A stretch of 64,000 nt of DNA from Eledone cirrhosa (lineage: Eukaryota). This document shows, one piece after another, positions 51,379 to 63,763 of this stretch. The notes under the pieces are model-generated. The model was not told the origin of the DNA, made no database searches, and was given only the letters and a program-made list of their open reading frames with translations. The stretch lies in NCBI GenBank assembly GCA_964016885.1, contig OZ024742.1, forward strand, positions 33,356,001 through 33,420,000, in the 5' to 3' direction. How positions within the stretch are numbered: position 1 is the stretch's first letter; each line of letters starts with the position of its first letter. Both the position numbers and the translations under genes were made by a program.

Positions 51379-53206
51379 TGATCACCCTAACCACTAGGTC
51401 GTGTATTTTCACAACTTAGATATCAAATTACTATTTACCTATCAAAGTCAACACAAAATGGTTGTCACTTAATTTTGACCCCAAAGTGTGATTATATTTA
51501 TGTATGTAAATAGAGCACTAATACATCCCTCTCTCTCTCTCTTTCTCTGTCTGTTTATCTCTCTCTCACTCATTCTCTTCACCTCCCTCTCTCTCTCTCG
51601 CTACCTCTCAGACATAATGTATCACAAGCCCATGACCTCTGGCGAGCGAAGGGACCCCCCCCCGCTATTATTCTCAGGCTGAGGTTTATACCTAGTTGGC
51701 AACACCTTCCGCAATCTTTTCCCCTCTTTGCAGTAACCAGCCTTCCCCTATTACCTATGTCCTGCAATTTCCCCAAGCTTCTCCCCTCCTCCCTAGTTCC
51801 AAGACAAAAGTGCCCAGTCCCCTCTGTGAAGTGGTCATGTCAGCGACACAACAAAAAGTGCCCAGTCCTCACTATAATGTAGGTGACATGACAAAAAGCA
51901 CCCAGCACACACTGTAAATGTGGTTGGCGTTAGGAAGGGCATCTAGTTGTAGAAAACCAGCCAGAAACACTCCTATATGATTGAGACACGGTCACCCAAC
52001 CCAACTTGCCTCTAAATTGGACAAACCTGTCTAACCCATGCTAGCGTGAAAGATCGACATCAAACGATGATGATGACGATGATGATGATATATGTGTGTG
52101 TTTGTGTGTGTGTGTTCTATTTATAAAAACAGCAAATCTATTATGAATCATACACTCAAAAGATTTTGAACACCACCTTAGATTTCAAAGTTTATCTTAG
52201 ATTGTAAATCACAGTTTATAAAAGATTGCCTTTCTTCAGGTGTCAAATTTAAAATGCCTGAATGAGACTTTGAGATCGGAGACCATGGGTAGAGAGGATG
52301 TGAATAGAAATATTTTTTACATAGCCAAAAGAAGGCAACTCTCGAAAGGTCTAGTACATAAAAACCTTATAACTTATAGTTCTATGTTTGTTCTGAGATG
52401 AATAGAGAAAGGATGTAATTTGGTATAAGTGAATATTCCATGGACAAGTGCATGCATATACCCTATTGTTTGTGAGTTTGTCTGTTCACTTGTTTGTGTG
52501 ACATAATGAGTGTGGAGAAATAAATAAAAAGATGTAATGCAGAAAAAACAATGTTAGTGTGTAATATCAAAATTAAGGTAGTGTAAGTTTGTGAAAGCTA
52601 TATGTCCGAGGCCTGATTTTTCCATGAGAATAGCAAGTGCTTTTTAAGATGTAAACAGCTCTTAAAGACCTCACTTTGGATTTTAGGTATTTATTTGATG
52701 ATTTCCATTCCTGTCGAATTCAGAATTTTTCACTGGTGCAGAGAGCTCACTTCTTTGAACTGTTGATATATGGTCTAGACTTTTCCAGAATTCTCCATCT
52801 CATTGTATAGGGAATGCCCCTGTCTTTCAATTGACATGTGTAGAACCTTTGTTCATATCTGTCTTGCACTATACCCACAAATCTTTTACTGCTCATTGAT
52901 TAACATATATAACTTTGGCCTTAATGCTACAACTCTGTTGCAAAGGGCATTTGTCCCTTATCCTGCAAAAGCATTCTTTAATTTTTGTTACACATCCCTA
53001 TCCAACCACATGCAATAAGCCTAAACTAGCCATAACACATCACACAAAGTACAAAAAACCTGGTTTAATTAAAATGAAAACTACAACAGAAGAATTCATA
53101 TATAGACATATGATGGCTGCCCCCCTCGTTATTGAGAATGGCCTTTGCACGATAAAAAACAAAAGATAATACACACATACATATGCACACACACACATAC
53201 ATACAC

Positions 53207-53268
<62 letters not shown>

Positions 53269-53314
53269 ATGTGCATGTGTGCATTAATATATGTCTCTTC
53301 ACTTTCAGTGAAAG

Positions 53315-53542
53315 ATGGAAGATACACTTCGTAAATACTGTGAAACTTATATACCTGAAGAGATGTACTGTTACCTAAAGCCCTGTTTTTATGTGACCTT
53401 GTTGGCATCAAGTAGTGCCATTTTAATCTGTTTAATAAACAAAGTCCGCATGCATCTGAAAGTCAACAGAGTTTTAAAGGATGCTCGCAGAAGACGTACT
53501 GAGCAGATTAAATCTCTAAAAGAAAGATTACAGAAGTCAAGT
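53315..53542 (+). CDS. FAAH: FAAH-like amidase, coding exon 1 (N-terminal membrane anchor)
   Basis: Acceptor ttcactttcag|TGAAAG ATG; MEDTLRKYC..hydrophobic CFYVTLLASSSAILICLI then basic helix RRRRTEQIKSL; donor AGT|GTAAGT, phase 0. Confidence 0.8.
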
Positions 53543-55259
53543 GTAAGTATTTGAAATATTACTTTCTACGTTATTTTATCTCTTACAAACCTCCTGCCAC
53601 ATCCTTGATACAGATTTCTTGTCTAACCTATGCAGGGAAAGCTGGTCATGTTCCACAATATACTGCCATGCACAACTCCCTCTCTTCAAAGCTATTCCAT
53701 AAGTTGCTTGCTCTCCCTCAGTGGGAGGACCCTTGCCCCCACATACCACCTTTAGCAAGCATCGTAGCAAGATGCTTGACCCCCTCATCTTACTCTCATC
53801 ACTACCCCCCCCCCACCAGCTGGCCCAGACATAACAAGCATCCAAATGTTATAATGATGTAGCACTGGTAACATGATAAAACACTCCCAGTTCTCCCTGA
53901 AAAGTGGTAGTGCTGGTGCCATGACAAAAAGCACCCAATTAACCCTACATGGTGGTTATGCTGGTGCAACAACAAAAAGCACCCAAAGCACCCTCAAATG
54001 TGGTAGTGATGTTGCCAAAAAAAATCCTAGTATACACTGTGAGGTGATTGGCATTAAGAAGGACATCAGGCTGTAGAAAACCAAGCCTAAAGCAGAACAT
54101 ATGAGCAAGACATGGTTACCTGATCTGTCTTGTCTCACAACATGACACCTCATCTAACCCTTGCAAGCATGAAAAATAGATGTTAATTGGTCAGGATGAT
54201 GATGATCATCGTGCATTAGCCTCTCTTTCTCTCTAATACTACACCCTCTCTCTCTTTTTCTATTTTTAAACATTTTTTCTTTTTTTTTCTATCACTCATT
54301 CTACATTTGATTGAATTTATAGTATACCTACCCTTATAGGCAAACATTGACACTCCTATTTCATTTCAGTTTATATGCCATCTCTATGCTCCATAACTAT
54401 TACTATAGATGTGAATGCAGTCTGGCTGATTTGTTTAAGATGTTTGCTTTATAATTACAATGTCTTTTATCATAATCTTGTGAAGGAATTTGAGTAGACA
54501 GTAACTGTGTGGAAGTCCATCAGATAGATTGTACCTGTAATTCAAATATCTAGCCTTGTCACACAGTCATGCTGATTCTGCTTGGGGATTATTTCAAAGG
54601 TAGATGTGTCTGTGAAATATTCAACCACATACACAATAATTTAATGAACAGATAGTGCAGTTGATTGAACAGCTAAATACACATTGTCAAAACCGATTGA
54701 GATCCATTTAGTACCAGAGGTACACTCAACACCCAATGATCCAATTTACCTAACTATTGCCAACCTATTCTTTCCAGTTTCTAGTATGGTACAGATTCCC
54801 CATATTAACAGTGCTTTTTTGTTGTTGTTTTTTTTTTGCAAAGACACATACGCTAACACACACACATACTAATGATGAGCCACTAGGCCTTTGTAGAGTT
54901 TTTATTTTGCAAATTTACTTACAAGGCATTAGTTAGTCTGGGGTTATTGCAGAAGACACTTGCCCAAAATATGATGCAGTGGGATAGAACTTGAAACCAC
55001 ATGCTTTAGAAGCACTAAGCCATTAAACCATGATAGTCCCTATTTAGAAGTGAACTTCTAAAACACACAACCACGACTGCACCTACTTAGAATTAAACTT
55101 CTAAATGAAACAGCCATATCTATTAAATCAAAATCAAACACGTAAATCCATGACAGGATCAAAAATAATATTTGAACAACCAAGAAAGTCATGTATTTTT
55201 TTTTTCCATTGATTTTCATACAAGGTTTTTCCATCTTCACTATTTTTCATGTTTTTCAG

Positions 55260-55373
55260 CTTACGGAAGAATTGAGAAACAAAATTTTATCACTGAACAT
55301 TGTTCAACTACAGAGGCAACTCAAAGAGCGTTCATTAAAAGCTATCGATGTTCTTCATGCTTATCAGTACAAG
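55260..55373 (+). CDS. FAAH: FAAH-like coding exon 2 (114 bp)
   Basis: gtttttcag|LTEELRNKILSLNIVQLQRQLKERSLKAIDVLHAYQYK|gttatt; phase 0/0. Confidence 0.88.
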
Positions 55374-55585
55374 GTTATTGAATTTTTATTGATTGATTCA
55401 TTTTTCTTTCTTTTTTTTTTTTTTTTTTAAAAAGACATGGGAGCTTCTAGGTGTAAGTCTAGGTATTAATTTTTCTGCTTATTTATTATCTTTTTAAATC
55501 AATCTTTGATTGACTTTTTTTATTTTTTTTTTATTAAGCTTGGAAAGTAAAGTGTTAAAACATAGAATCTCACTAACATAAAGAT

Positions 55586-55640
55586 CTCTACCTGAGGAAA
55601 CTTGGAGAGATTACAAGCTGAAACCACAGAGCTTGTAGGG
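55586..55640 (+). ncRNA. Degenerate hammerhead-like motif in FAAH intron
   Basis: Stem I CTCTAC/GTAGGG, CTGAGGA, stem II AACTTG/CAAGCT, GAAA; stem III and cleavage triplet decayed (CUU). Confidence 0.4.
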
Positions 55641-56389
55641 CAAATTTTGAGCTATGTTTTATGTCTATTGTTCAAATAAGCACTTGGCTCAAGTGACTTT
55701 TTCAAAATAAACCACCTTTCTGCATTTCAGAGTCTGTATCTCCTGGCTCCATTGATATAAGGCCTGTTCCTTTCTACAATGCTCTAGTTGATGTTATAGT
55801 CTACAAAGCTTTCATACAATCTCCAGGCATAACTGGAAAGTTTTGTCAAGTTTCTTTTATCCCAGTAATGGATTGATACCATGTAGTATTTATACCTCTC
55901 CTTGAACTGCTGTTCCAGAAATCTGACATGTCATTTTATGTTGGTTGACTTTACTGTTGTCTCATAAATTATAGCATCTGTTTTATAGCCACCATCTAGC
56001 TGGCCCATGGACTTGTAGTGGGGGTTTAGTTGTTACTTTGTTTTTAAAATTAGGAGTTAAGTTAAAACCAATTTTTAGGTTGTGTCTGTTGAACAGCTTT
56101 CTCTGTATATGGTTAGTGGAGAAGTGCTTATCTATTAATGCTAGGAAGGCTTTGCTGATATTGGTTTTGATGTTTAATGAAAAAAGCAGTGGGAACCAGG
56201 TTGTGTTTTGGCACCTGTTTCTCTTTTTTCTCTCTGAAAGGGTAATTTACTTTATTTTCTCAACTATTTTCTATAGTAATTGACTATTTTTAAGGTTGTT
56301 TTCTGTATTTTGGGGCTCTCACATTTTCAAATTTCAATGTGCATCGGGAGGGGACCATATACATATATATGTGTGTGTTTTTGCGTTTG

Positions 56390-56420
<31 letters not shown>

Positions 56421-56471
56421 AAGTATATCAAATATAATTTAATGAGCTCAAGGAATAGGTACCGGGCTCTT

Positions 56472-56836
56472 CATAATACAGTATATAGAGAAGAAAACAC
56501 AAAGGGAATGTTTTCGATTACAGGGGGTAGAGAATCACTAGAGTGAAAAACATAAAGTCTACGAAAAGAGTGGAAAATACATATTAATTAAAAGAGCAAA
56601 TGAAAATGCACAGACCGACCTTTTATAACTATAAACACCTGGATAAACTCTGATAAGAGAATGTTTCACCATAAAAAGTGTCAAACCCATACCACTTAGG
56701 GCTTCTCAACAGGTGCCTTTTAATTAATATGTATTTTCCACTCCTTTCGTAGATTTTATGTTTTTCACTCTAGTGGTTCTCTACCCCTTGTAATTAGAAA
56801 CACCCTTTTGTTTTCTTCTCTGTATACTGTATTATG
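56472..56836. repeat. Inverted repeat, ~122-bp arms with ~120-bp spacer (probable Penelope-like remnant)
   Basis: CATAATACAGTATATAGAGAAGAAAAC...AATTAAAAG at 56472-56594 pairs with CTTTTAATT...TTCTCTGTATACTGTATTATG at 56717-56836. Confidence 0.85.
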
Positions 56837-56843
56837 TATATAA

Positions 56844-56879
<36 letters not shown>

Positions 56880-57361
56880 ATGTGTGTGTGTGTGTGTGTA
56901 TACACACATACGCACACACACAAACACAGATAGAATGCTTTGTGGTATTTGTTCTGGTTCTCTCCTCTCTGAGCTCAAATTACACCAAGATCAACTTTGC
57001 CTTTCATCCATTTATGGTCGATAGAAAAAATACCAGTCAACTACTGGGATCAATTCTTCCTCTATATCTCTTTCTCACTTCCATTCTCTCACTCTCTCTA
57101 TCCTTCTCTGGAAGAAATCTACTGTATTCAGACCTGGAGAGGAGATGGGTTCTGCTGGATTAAAAAATTCCCTAGAAATGCTGTATGTCAATATGGCACC
57201 CCTGCAACTCCTCAAGAGTTACGGGTCCATACCATACCAGTAATAAACAGAAGGTTTGAGTTAATTGACTATATCTACCTTCTACTCAAAATGTCTGTCC
57301 TTTAGTCAATATTACATTTGTCATTGTTTTAGTGTTTTTAACCTTTAATTTTCTACTGTAG

Positions 57362-57418
57362 GCACTTGAAGCACAAGCGAAAACCAATTGCTTAGTTGAA
57401 ATAATTGCTGAAGCTGAG
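57362..57418 (+). CDS. FAAH: FAAH-like coding exon 3 (57 bp)
   Basis: ttctactgtag|ALEAQAKTNCLVEIIAEAE|gtaata; conserved TNC motif. Confidence 0.88.
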
Positions 57419-57614
57419 GTAATAAGATATCTATTTAGTGTTTGTTCTCTAAGTTGACCTATATATATATATATAAATACTATGTATTATTCTATGTACT
57501 GTTCTCTGTTGCTCTATGTATCTTCTCTATGTTATATGTATTGTTTGTGTCTTTAATTACTTCATGCATATTTATGTGTACTTGAGGTATTGTATATGAT
57601 GATATATATGATTC

Positions 57615-57808
57615 CATGAGCAAGATGGTTGGATAACATCCATGAATTTAGTTGGTCTTACTTGGGTATCCAGCTGGATCATTTGGAGATGGTTACTCCT
57701 GATAGGACCCTCTGGAAGACATGTCTCAGGACACTGCTCCCAAGACCTACCCAGGAAAGAAGAAGAAGAAGAAGAAGAAGAAGAAGAAGAAGAAGAAGAA
57801 GAAGAAGA
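57615..57808 (+). mobile_element. RTE 3' end with expanded (AAG)n tail
   Basis: Same family as 10855-11108. Confidence 0.65.
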
Positions 57809-57946
57809 ATGATAAGGAGGATGAGGAGGAGGGATAGGGGAAAAGGGTGGAAGAGGAGGAGAAGGAGGAGGAGAAAAAGATATATGATGATCTGTAAGAA
57901 CTCACAGTTTGACTGTAAAATGTTAATGATTTTGTTTTTTTCTCAG

Positions 57947-58036
57947 GAATTAGCACTGAAGTGTGATTCTTTGCCCTCTGTGACCAAACCTCTTCATGGT
58001 ATTCCAATTAGTCTCAAAGAATGTATAATCTACAAG
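57947..58036 (+). CDS. FAAH: FAAH-like coding exon 4 (90 bp), contains the catalytic Lys
   Basis: ttttttctcag|ELALKCDSLPSVTKPLHGIPISLKECIIYK|gttggt; PLHGIPISLKE is the amidase-signature Lys motif (K142 of mammalian FAAH). Confidence 0.93.
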
Positions 58037-58069
58037 GTTGGTTTTTTTTTAATTTGACAATTCATTTTT

Positions 58070-58259
58070 AATAATTGTTTCTACTTTAGGCACAAGGCCA
58101 GCAATTACCCAGTGCATTACTGGTACTTTATTTTATCGACCCCGTAAGGATGAAAGGCAAAGTCAACCTCGGCGGGATTTGAACTCAGATCGTAAAGGGA
58201 CGTAACTATGCTGGAATGCATGGCGTCCGACTCTCTACCGATACTGCGAATCCACCGCT
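58070..58259 (-). mobile_element. Nin/Deu-like SINE, full length
   Basis: Matches the 10170 family closely. Confidence 0.8.
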
Positions 58260-58379
58260 AATAATATCAGTGATTGAGTTTCTCTAGAGCTATGGTTCTT
58301 AAACTTTTCTCTCAGACTTTTTAAAGTTACAAAGTATGCTGTCATTTCCATATGAAATCATAATACTTCAAAAATGGGT

Positions 58380-58708
58380 AGGGTAAAGACCCCCTTCGGT
58401 CATGAATGACCATGGGATTTGCACCTAGAAAGTTCCCATCCGAGGCACAAGTCTGGGCAAGGTTGTTTGTGGAAGACCAGCAGTTACCCATGTATACCAG
58501 TCTACTCTCTCCACACCACCGATGTTGTCCAAAGGAAAGGCAAAGGCTGATATAGCTTGGCACTAGTGATGTTGCAACTCATTTCTACAGTGAACTGGAG
58601 CAACATGAAATAAAGTGTCTTGTTCAAGAACACAACACAAAGCCCAGTTCGAGATCAAACTCACAACCTAATGATTGTAAGCCTAATGCTCAAAACACTC
58701 AGCCATGC
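58380..58708 (-). mobile_element. tRNA-CORE SINE with a different 3' body
   Basis: Head and core as in 32116; body shared with 15110-15365. Confidence 0.65.
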
Positions 58709-58934
58709 TAGTTATTAATTGAAATGAAATATAAGACCTATTTGGTTTGATAAGGAAGAAAGGTTTTAAACATTAAGAGAGGAGAAAGGCCATTTCTCTT
58801 TTAAAACATAAGATTGTTGTTTTAGGGAAATTTTGGGTGCTTGGTAAAATTAATGAGAATACTTGTTACCATGGTTACTAAATTTTGATCTTATCGTAAT
58901 TGTCCTCACTTTTTCTCTCTTTTCATTCAATTAG

Positions 58935-59009
58935 GGACTTCACGTAACTTGTGGTTTAGTTTCAAACCTGTTGGATCCACCTGCCACAGAGGATTCCAAT
59001 CTTGTTAAG
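58935..59009 (+). CDS. FAAH: FAAH-like coding exon 5 (75 bp)
   Basis: ttcaattag|GLHVTCGLVSNLLDPPATEDSNLVK|gtatgt. Confidence 0.9.
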
Positions 59010-59606
59010 GTATGTATTATTTTAGAGTGAGGATGTGCTGCAGTTATTGCCAGTAATATTAGAACCAATGTGTACTAGTGATTAAGGAAGTCTTAACTCT
59101 TTCCATACCAACTTGCCTGACACTACCTCTGGTTCTACAACACAAACCCTATTGCTATAAATTCATAAATTAATATTTTTCATCATAATTTTATGTAAAT
59201 TAAGAAGGTTTAAATAAAAAAAAGTTACATAACAATTTTAGATAAGAACTTTTCAAAGTTATGTTAAGACTAGCTTAATAATGACATATTTAGTTATTAT
59301 ACTAAAGCCTTCCAAATTCTTTATTAATTTTAAAACGAACTGAAACACACAGACAGAATATTTTATCAGAAATTTGCCACAAAAGAGCTTTTTAATTATA
59401 GAACCAAAGGAAGTCTTAGGTGGATTGTCTAAGGTTTACATAGTGAAATACTCATAATTCTATTTTCACCACAACAATTTACTATGTAAAGAAGCACTAA
59501 TCTTATCTCCTCCTTATCCCTCCATATGTCAATGACTTCAGCTAATTTATCCTTCAGTTCTTTTCTTCTCCTCAATTAATGTTGAATATGTAAATTTCTA
59601 TTTCAG

Positions 59607-59668
59607 TGTCTGAAAGAACTTGGTGCTATTCCATTTGTCACAACAAATGTACCACAAACTTTAATGAC
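59607..59668 (+). CDS. FAAH: FAAH-like coding exon 6 (62 bp, ends phase 2); gene continues beyond the window
   Basis: ttctatttcag|CLKELGAIPFVTTNVPQTLM(T)|gtgagt; GAIPFV.TNVPQ is diagnostic of the FAAH1-type amidase signature. Confidence 0.93.
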
Positions 59669-59849
59669 GTGAGTTTTCAGTTTCTTAGTGATATTATCCT
59701 CCTCTTTCCAATCTTCAGTCTTCTACTGACACCCCCACAGCTTGTGACAAACTTCTTTTACTGAAGCCAATGAGTGAGCCTCTATGTTGTCACTGGACCT
59801 GCTAGAAATAGTAGCCTAATCTCAATTGATTTACACCTTACTGTTTTAA

Positions 59850-60035
59850 ATAATTGTTTCTACTTTTGGCACAAGGCCAGCAATTACCCAGTGCATTACT
59901 GGTACTTTATTTTATTGACCCCGTAAGGATGAAAGGCAAAGTTAACCTCGGCGGGATTTGAACTCAGAATGGCAAGGGCCGTAACTCTATACGTCAAAGC
60001 ATGGCGTCCGACCCTCTACCGATACTGCCAATCCG
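59850..60035 (-). mobile_element. Nin/Deu-like SINE
   Basis: Matches the 10170 family. Confidence 0.8.
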
Positions 60036-61172
60036 AAGGACACAGAGAACAATCTATAGTGGATAATTTGCCATAGTAGTAGTAGTCCATCTGTCAGGCT
60101 GGTATGAAATGTGAGAACATAACAAACAGACTGTTTTTTTGTGAAGAGAAATTTCACAGTGTTAGTAGAACCTTCTTCTCTCCTCTCTCTTATCACTATG
60201 TCTCTTGGTTTTATAATGAGGCAGCAACAATGTATTCATACGCAATCTAAAATGATTGGTTTGTTTAACCAAATCACGTATGAACACATTGTTGTTGCGA
60301 TGTATGAAATAGTTCTGCCACAAATCTAATCAATGATATACAAAAGTTAAGATGGTCATGGCAGCCTTTGCGAGGGGTTTTAGTAGTTGTCTATCACTTG
60401 CATGTTACACATAGTCAAAACATACCTCCTCTTCAAATTGCCACTTGTGTTTACCTCTGTTTCCTTGTATATCACTGATGTAGTTTAGTGGGTTATATGA
60501 CTGGAAGTGTGAAAGGGAATAATATCAGGTCAGTGTGAAAAAGTAGTTCTTGGGCCTCTTTCATGCCACACTGTTGTGTGTGTGAGACAGTCAAAATTCT
60601 GTTTTAACATTTAGAAGTATAAGGCATTTCAAGTAGTTTGAGTGAGTGTGAAAGAGTCTACAATACAATTTAAAACATAGAGAGAGACAAAGCAGGCTTT
60701 GTTTATGAAACAGCAAGTGAAGTTTGAAATAAGGTAGAATCATGTGCTTATGCCGTATTTGACTAGATAAAATTAGTCTGTTAGTGGGGATTTAAAAATC
60801 CCTCTGAAAGGAAAAAGGATGAGCATTGACATACATGGGACTTGAACCCACATCTTTGGTTAAAAATGTTCCTGCATCTACCTAGTCAACTCAGCTCATC
60901 TTTAAATACTGTACTAGTGCATCTCTTTCCTGCTATGTCAGGCATCATTTGCAGCTTCACCACCAACTTTACCTTCTTCAGCCATACAGCCACATCTCCT
61001 TCACAAGAAATGGGCCTAATTATGTCTCTACTAATTTTGATCTTCTCAGACATCTTGTGTACTATTAAACTAAATAGCTTGCAGTAAAAAAATATTTAGA
61101 GATTACCTCATTACCAGAACACACTTGGAGAATTCATATCATATAACCATAGGTCTCTTGCTGGCTGTTTAA

Positions 61173-61393
61173 CCCTTTAGCATTTACATTACTCTATATT
61201 TACTATTGTATTTTCACTGTAAAGGCTTTATCTTACATAATTATCTTACATAATATCAAATCTATGAGATTTTGATATTATTTATTTTGAGAACAATACC
61301 TTAACATCAGTATGAGTGGCCTTTTACAGCCAGTTTGAACAGAAAGAGGTGAGAGAATTCTGGACAGATATGGCTGGTTTAACTGCTAAAGGG
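61173..61393. mobile_element. piggyBac-type MITE copy
   Basis: TTAA|CCCTTTAGCATTTAC ... CTGCTAAAGGG|TGAA. Confidence 0.82.
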
Positions 61394-62168
61394 TGAACAT
61401 CATGCAGTTCAAGTGGAAGATGGTTTCCCCCTCACATGCTGTACCTTCTTTTTGTCTGAGATTTATTTTTTTAATGTGGTAGGAAGGCTTTTTTTCATTT
61501 TTTTTTCCATTGTCTCTAACAGTCTGTCACTGATTTTTATCCTTCATCTCCTCCCCATTTTTGTAAGATGATAGAGTAGTACTACTGGTTGTGGGCTTCT
61601 AGCACTGAGGAAGCGATAATTTCTTTTACTATCCTCTTGAGAATGTATCTGTTCATGTCATTGTCAGTTTTTTTTTTCAGTTTATGAGATTTGATGTTTG
61701 TTTAACCATTTTTTTTAGTTTCATTCCTGTATACCAAAAAATTTGTTTACACCCTCATCAATACACCAATATATATATATATGTATATTATAAGTACACA
61801 CACACACGCACACATATATATATATATATATATATTGTTATATTTGGGGGGGGGGGGGGGGGGGGGGGGTCATATTGTTATAATATTGCCAGAAATAATA
61901 ATAGAACACATTCACTGTTTGGTGCGTTGAAACAATATTTGTTTCAACACACGATTTCATTTCAAAAACCTTGCAAAACAAATATATATATATCATATAT
62001 ATATAGAATAAGAAAATGCAAAGTAATTTCAGATGTTAAAGTCCTTTATTGATAAGGCTGTGATACATATTTCAATGACAACATTGGCCACACAATTCCG
62101 CGTAGTAAGATTGAAAATTAGAAATTAAAAGTTAAAATCTTGATTGAAACTAATAAAAGGGAATATAT

Positions 62169-62270
62169 CATCATCCTTATTTTACACCCGCTCTTCCCTG
62201 CTTGCAAGGGTGGGATGGGTCTTATTCAGCACAGCATCTCTCCACTTGTCATGGTCCTTCGTCATCTCAT
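62169..62270 (-). mobile_element. Severely 5'-truncated RTE-A family 3' end
   Basis: Reverse complement matches 22530-22631. Confidence 0.75.
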
Positions 62271-62531
62271 CCGATGTGTAAGTTATAGTTAAAAATTATG
62301 AAAAGGGGATCAATATTGGATATTACAGATATATTATCCATATATTGAACGATAGTACCGTATCGAAAAAAAAAGGGAAATATAAATTTAAAGTATAGAA
62401 CGTAATAATTAAGCAAACAATTAGTTAACATCTTCTATCGTGTGAATCAAAACCCCAAAATTAAAAGATACGTAGATACAAAATGAGAGGGAAAAAATAT
62501 GAGAGAGGAAAAATATATGAGAGAACACACA

Positions 62532-62581
<50 letters not shown>

Positions 62582-62735
62582 AAAAATACGTATTTAAGAA
62601 AGCCACAACAATGCAAAGGGAAATATCGAGGTAGGAAGTGAAATATAGATAGGAAAAACAGGTGAAAGTGAAAGTTGAGAGAGACAAAGATGAAAACAAA
62701 ACAAAGGTAGAAGGGTTACCGTAGTAGAGATTTAA

Positions 62736-62772
62736 TCCCAATATTTCGGGCTCACGCCCATCAACGGGGGAA
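62736..62772 (-). ncRNA. Hammerhead-like motif in the PLE 3' region (core variant)
   Basis: Minus strand CCGTTGA-T-GGGC/GTGA/GCCC-GAAA-TATTGGG; two mismatches to CUGAUGA. Confidence 0.4.
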
Positions 62773-63380
62773 AAGTTCCAAAAGGGGGGAAAACAGGCCA
62801 AGCGGAGAAAGTGGTGATGTCGTTAAGACAGGAATGCCGTTATGGGGAGAAAAATATTTAAAATTTAAACGAGGGGAAGAATGCGCGTGCGCGTGATAAG
62901 CTGTGGCAAAAGCTACTGACCAAATGGGTTAAATCAAGAGGGTGCGTTAGCGTGTGAAAGCCGTAAGATATGTGTATGTAAATATATATGTGTTGTGTGT
63001 GACTGTGTGTGTATAAGTGTAAGTGTGTATATGTGTGAGTGTGTGTGTGTGAAAGATAGTGGGCTGTAGAAGTTGGAAATCAAAGGGTGTGAAAGGTGGT
63101 AGGTTGTAAAATATGTGTGCGTGTATAAATATAGATGTGTGTGTGTGTAAGCGTATGGGTATACATGTGTGTGTGTAACTGTGTGTGTATATGTGTGAGT
63201 GCGTTTGTGTGTGAAAGATAGTGGGCTGTAGAAGCTGGAAATCAAAGGGTGTGAAAGGTGGTAGGTTGTAAGAACATGTGTGCGTGTAAAATATAGAAGT
63301 GTGTGTGCATGCGTATGGGTATGCATATACGTGCGTGTGTGTGAAGATAGCAGGCCGTAGGCTGTGAATGGTTATTATGG

Positions 63381-63763
63381 TTAAGTTAGCCATGTCAGCT
63401 CATTTCTCTCAGCCCGGTTGTTAAGTGGGGGTCTGAGGTTCTTAATAACAAGTGCTTCCTTTATCCTTAAGGATCCGATGCTGCGTTCAGTCGCTAGGAC
63501 TGTGACCAAGGGTCTACCCTGTGGGTTTCCGCATTTAAGGATATGTTTACGGAAGGAAGATGCGTTGGTGTTGATATGTTCCTTGATACGAACATGTAGG
63601 GGTTGGATGGTGCTACCTATGTAAAACTTGTTACATTTATCGCATTGAATCTTATATACGACATAGGTGCGTAGGCAATCTGCCCCCCGTATCGGGCAGT
63701 TGCTGAGGGAACACGTCCCATCTGCCTCGTAGGGTTTGTTGGAGAGGCATCTTCGCAGCGAAG
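63381..63763 (-). CDS. PLE GIY-YIG endonuclease C-terminal fragment
   Basis: CSLSNCPIRGADC..VVYKIQCDKCNKFYIGSTIQPLHVRIKEH..FRKH..EAL.I...P.LN: GIY-YIG with CCHH motif and a Cys-rich linker. Confidence 0.9.

Noticed and set aside
61598-61655. Further hammerhead-like matches (CTGAGGA...GAGAA; also 14237-14270)
   Set aside because: Core boxes and helices too degenerate to support
61671-61700. Next FAAH exon after the strong acceptor ttttttttcag
   Set aside because: The required phase gives an immediate stop (ACT TTA TGA) and no SNP..G.T.NP motif
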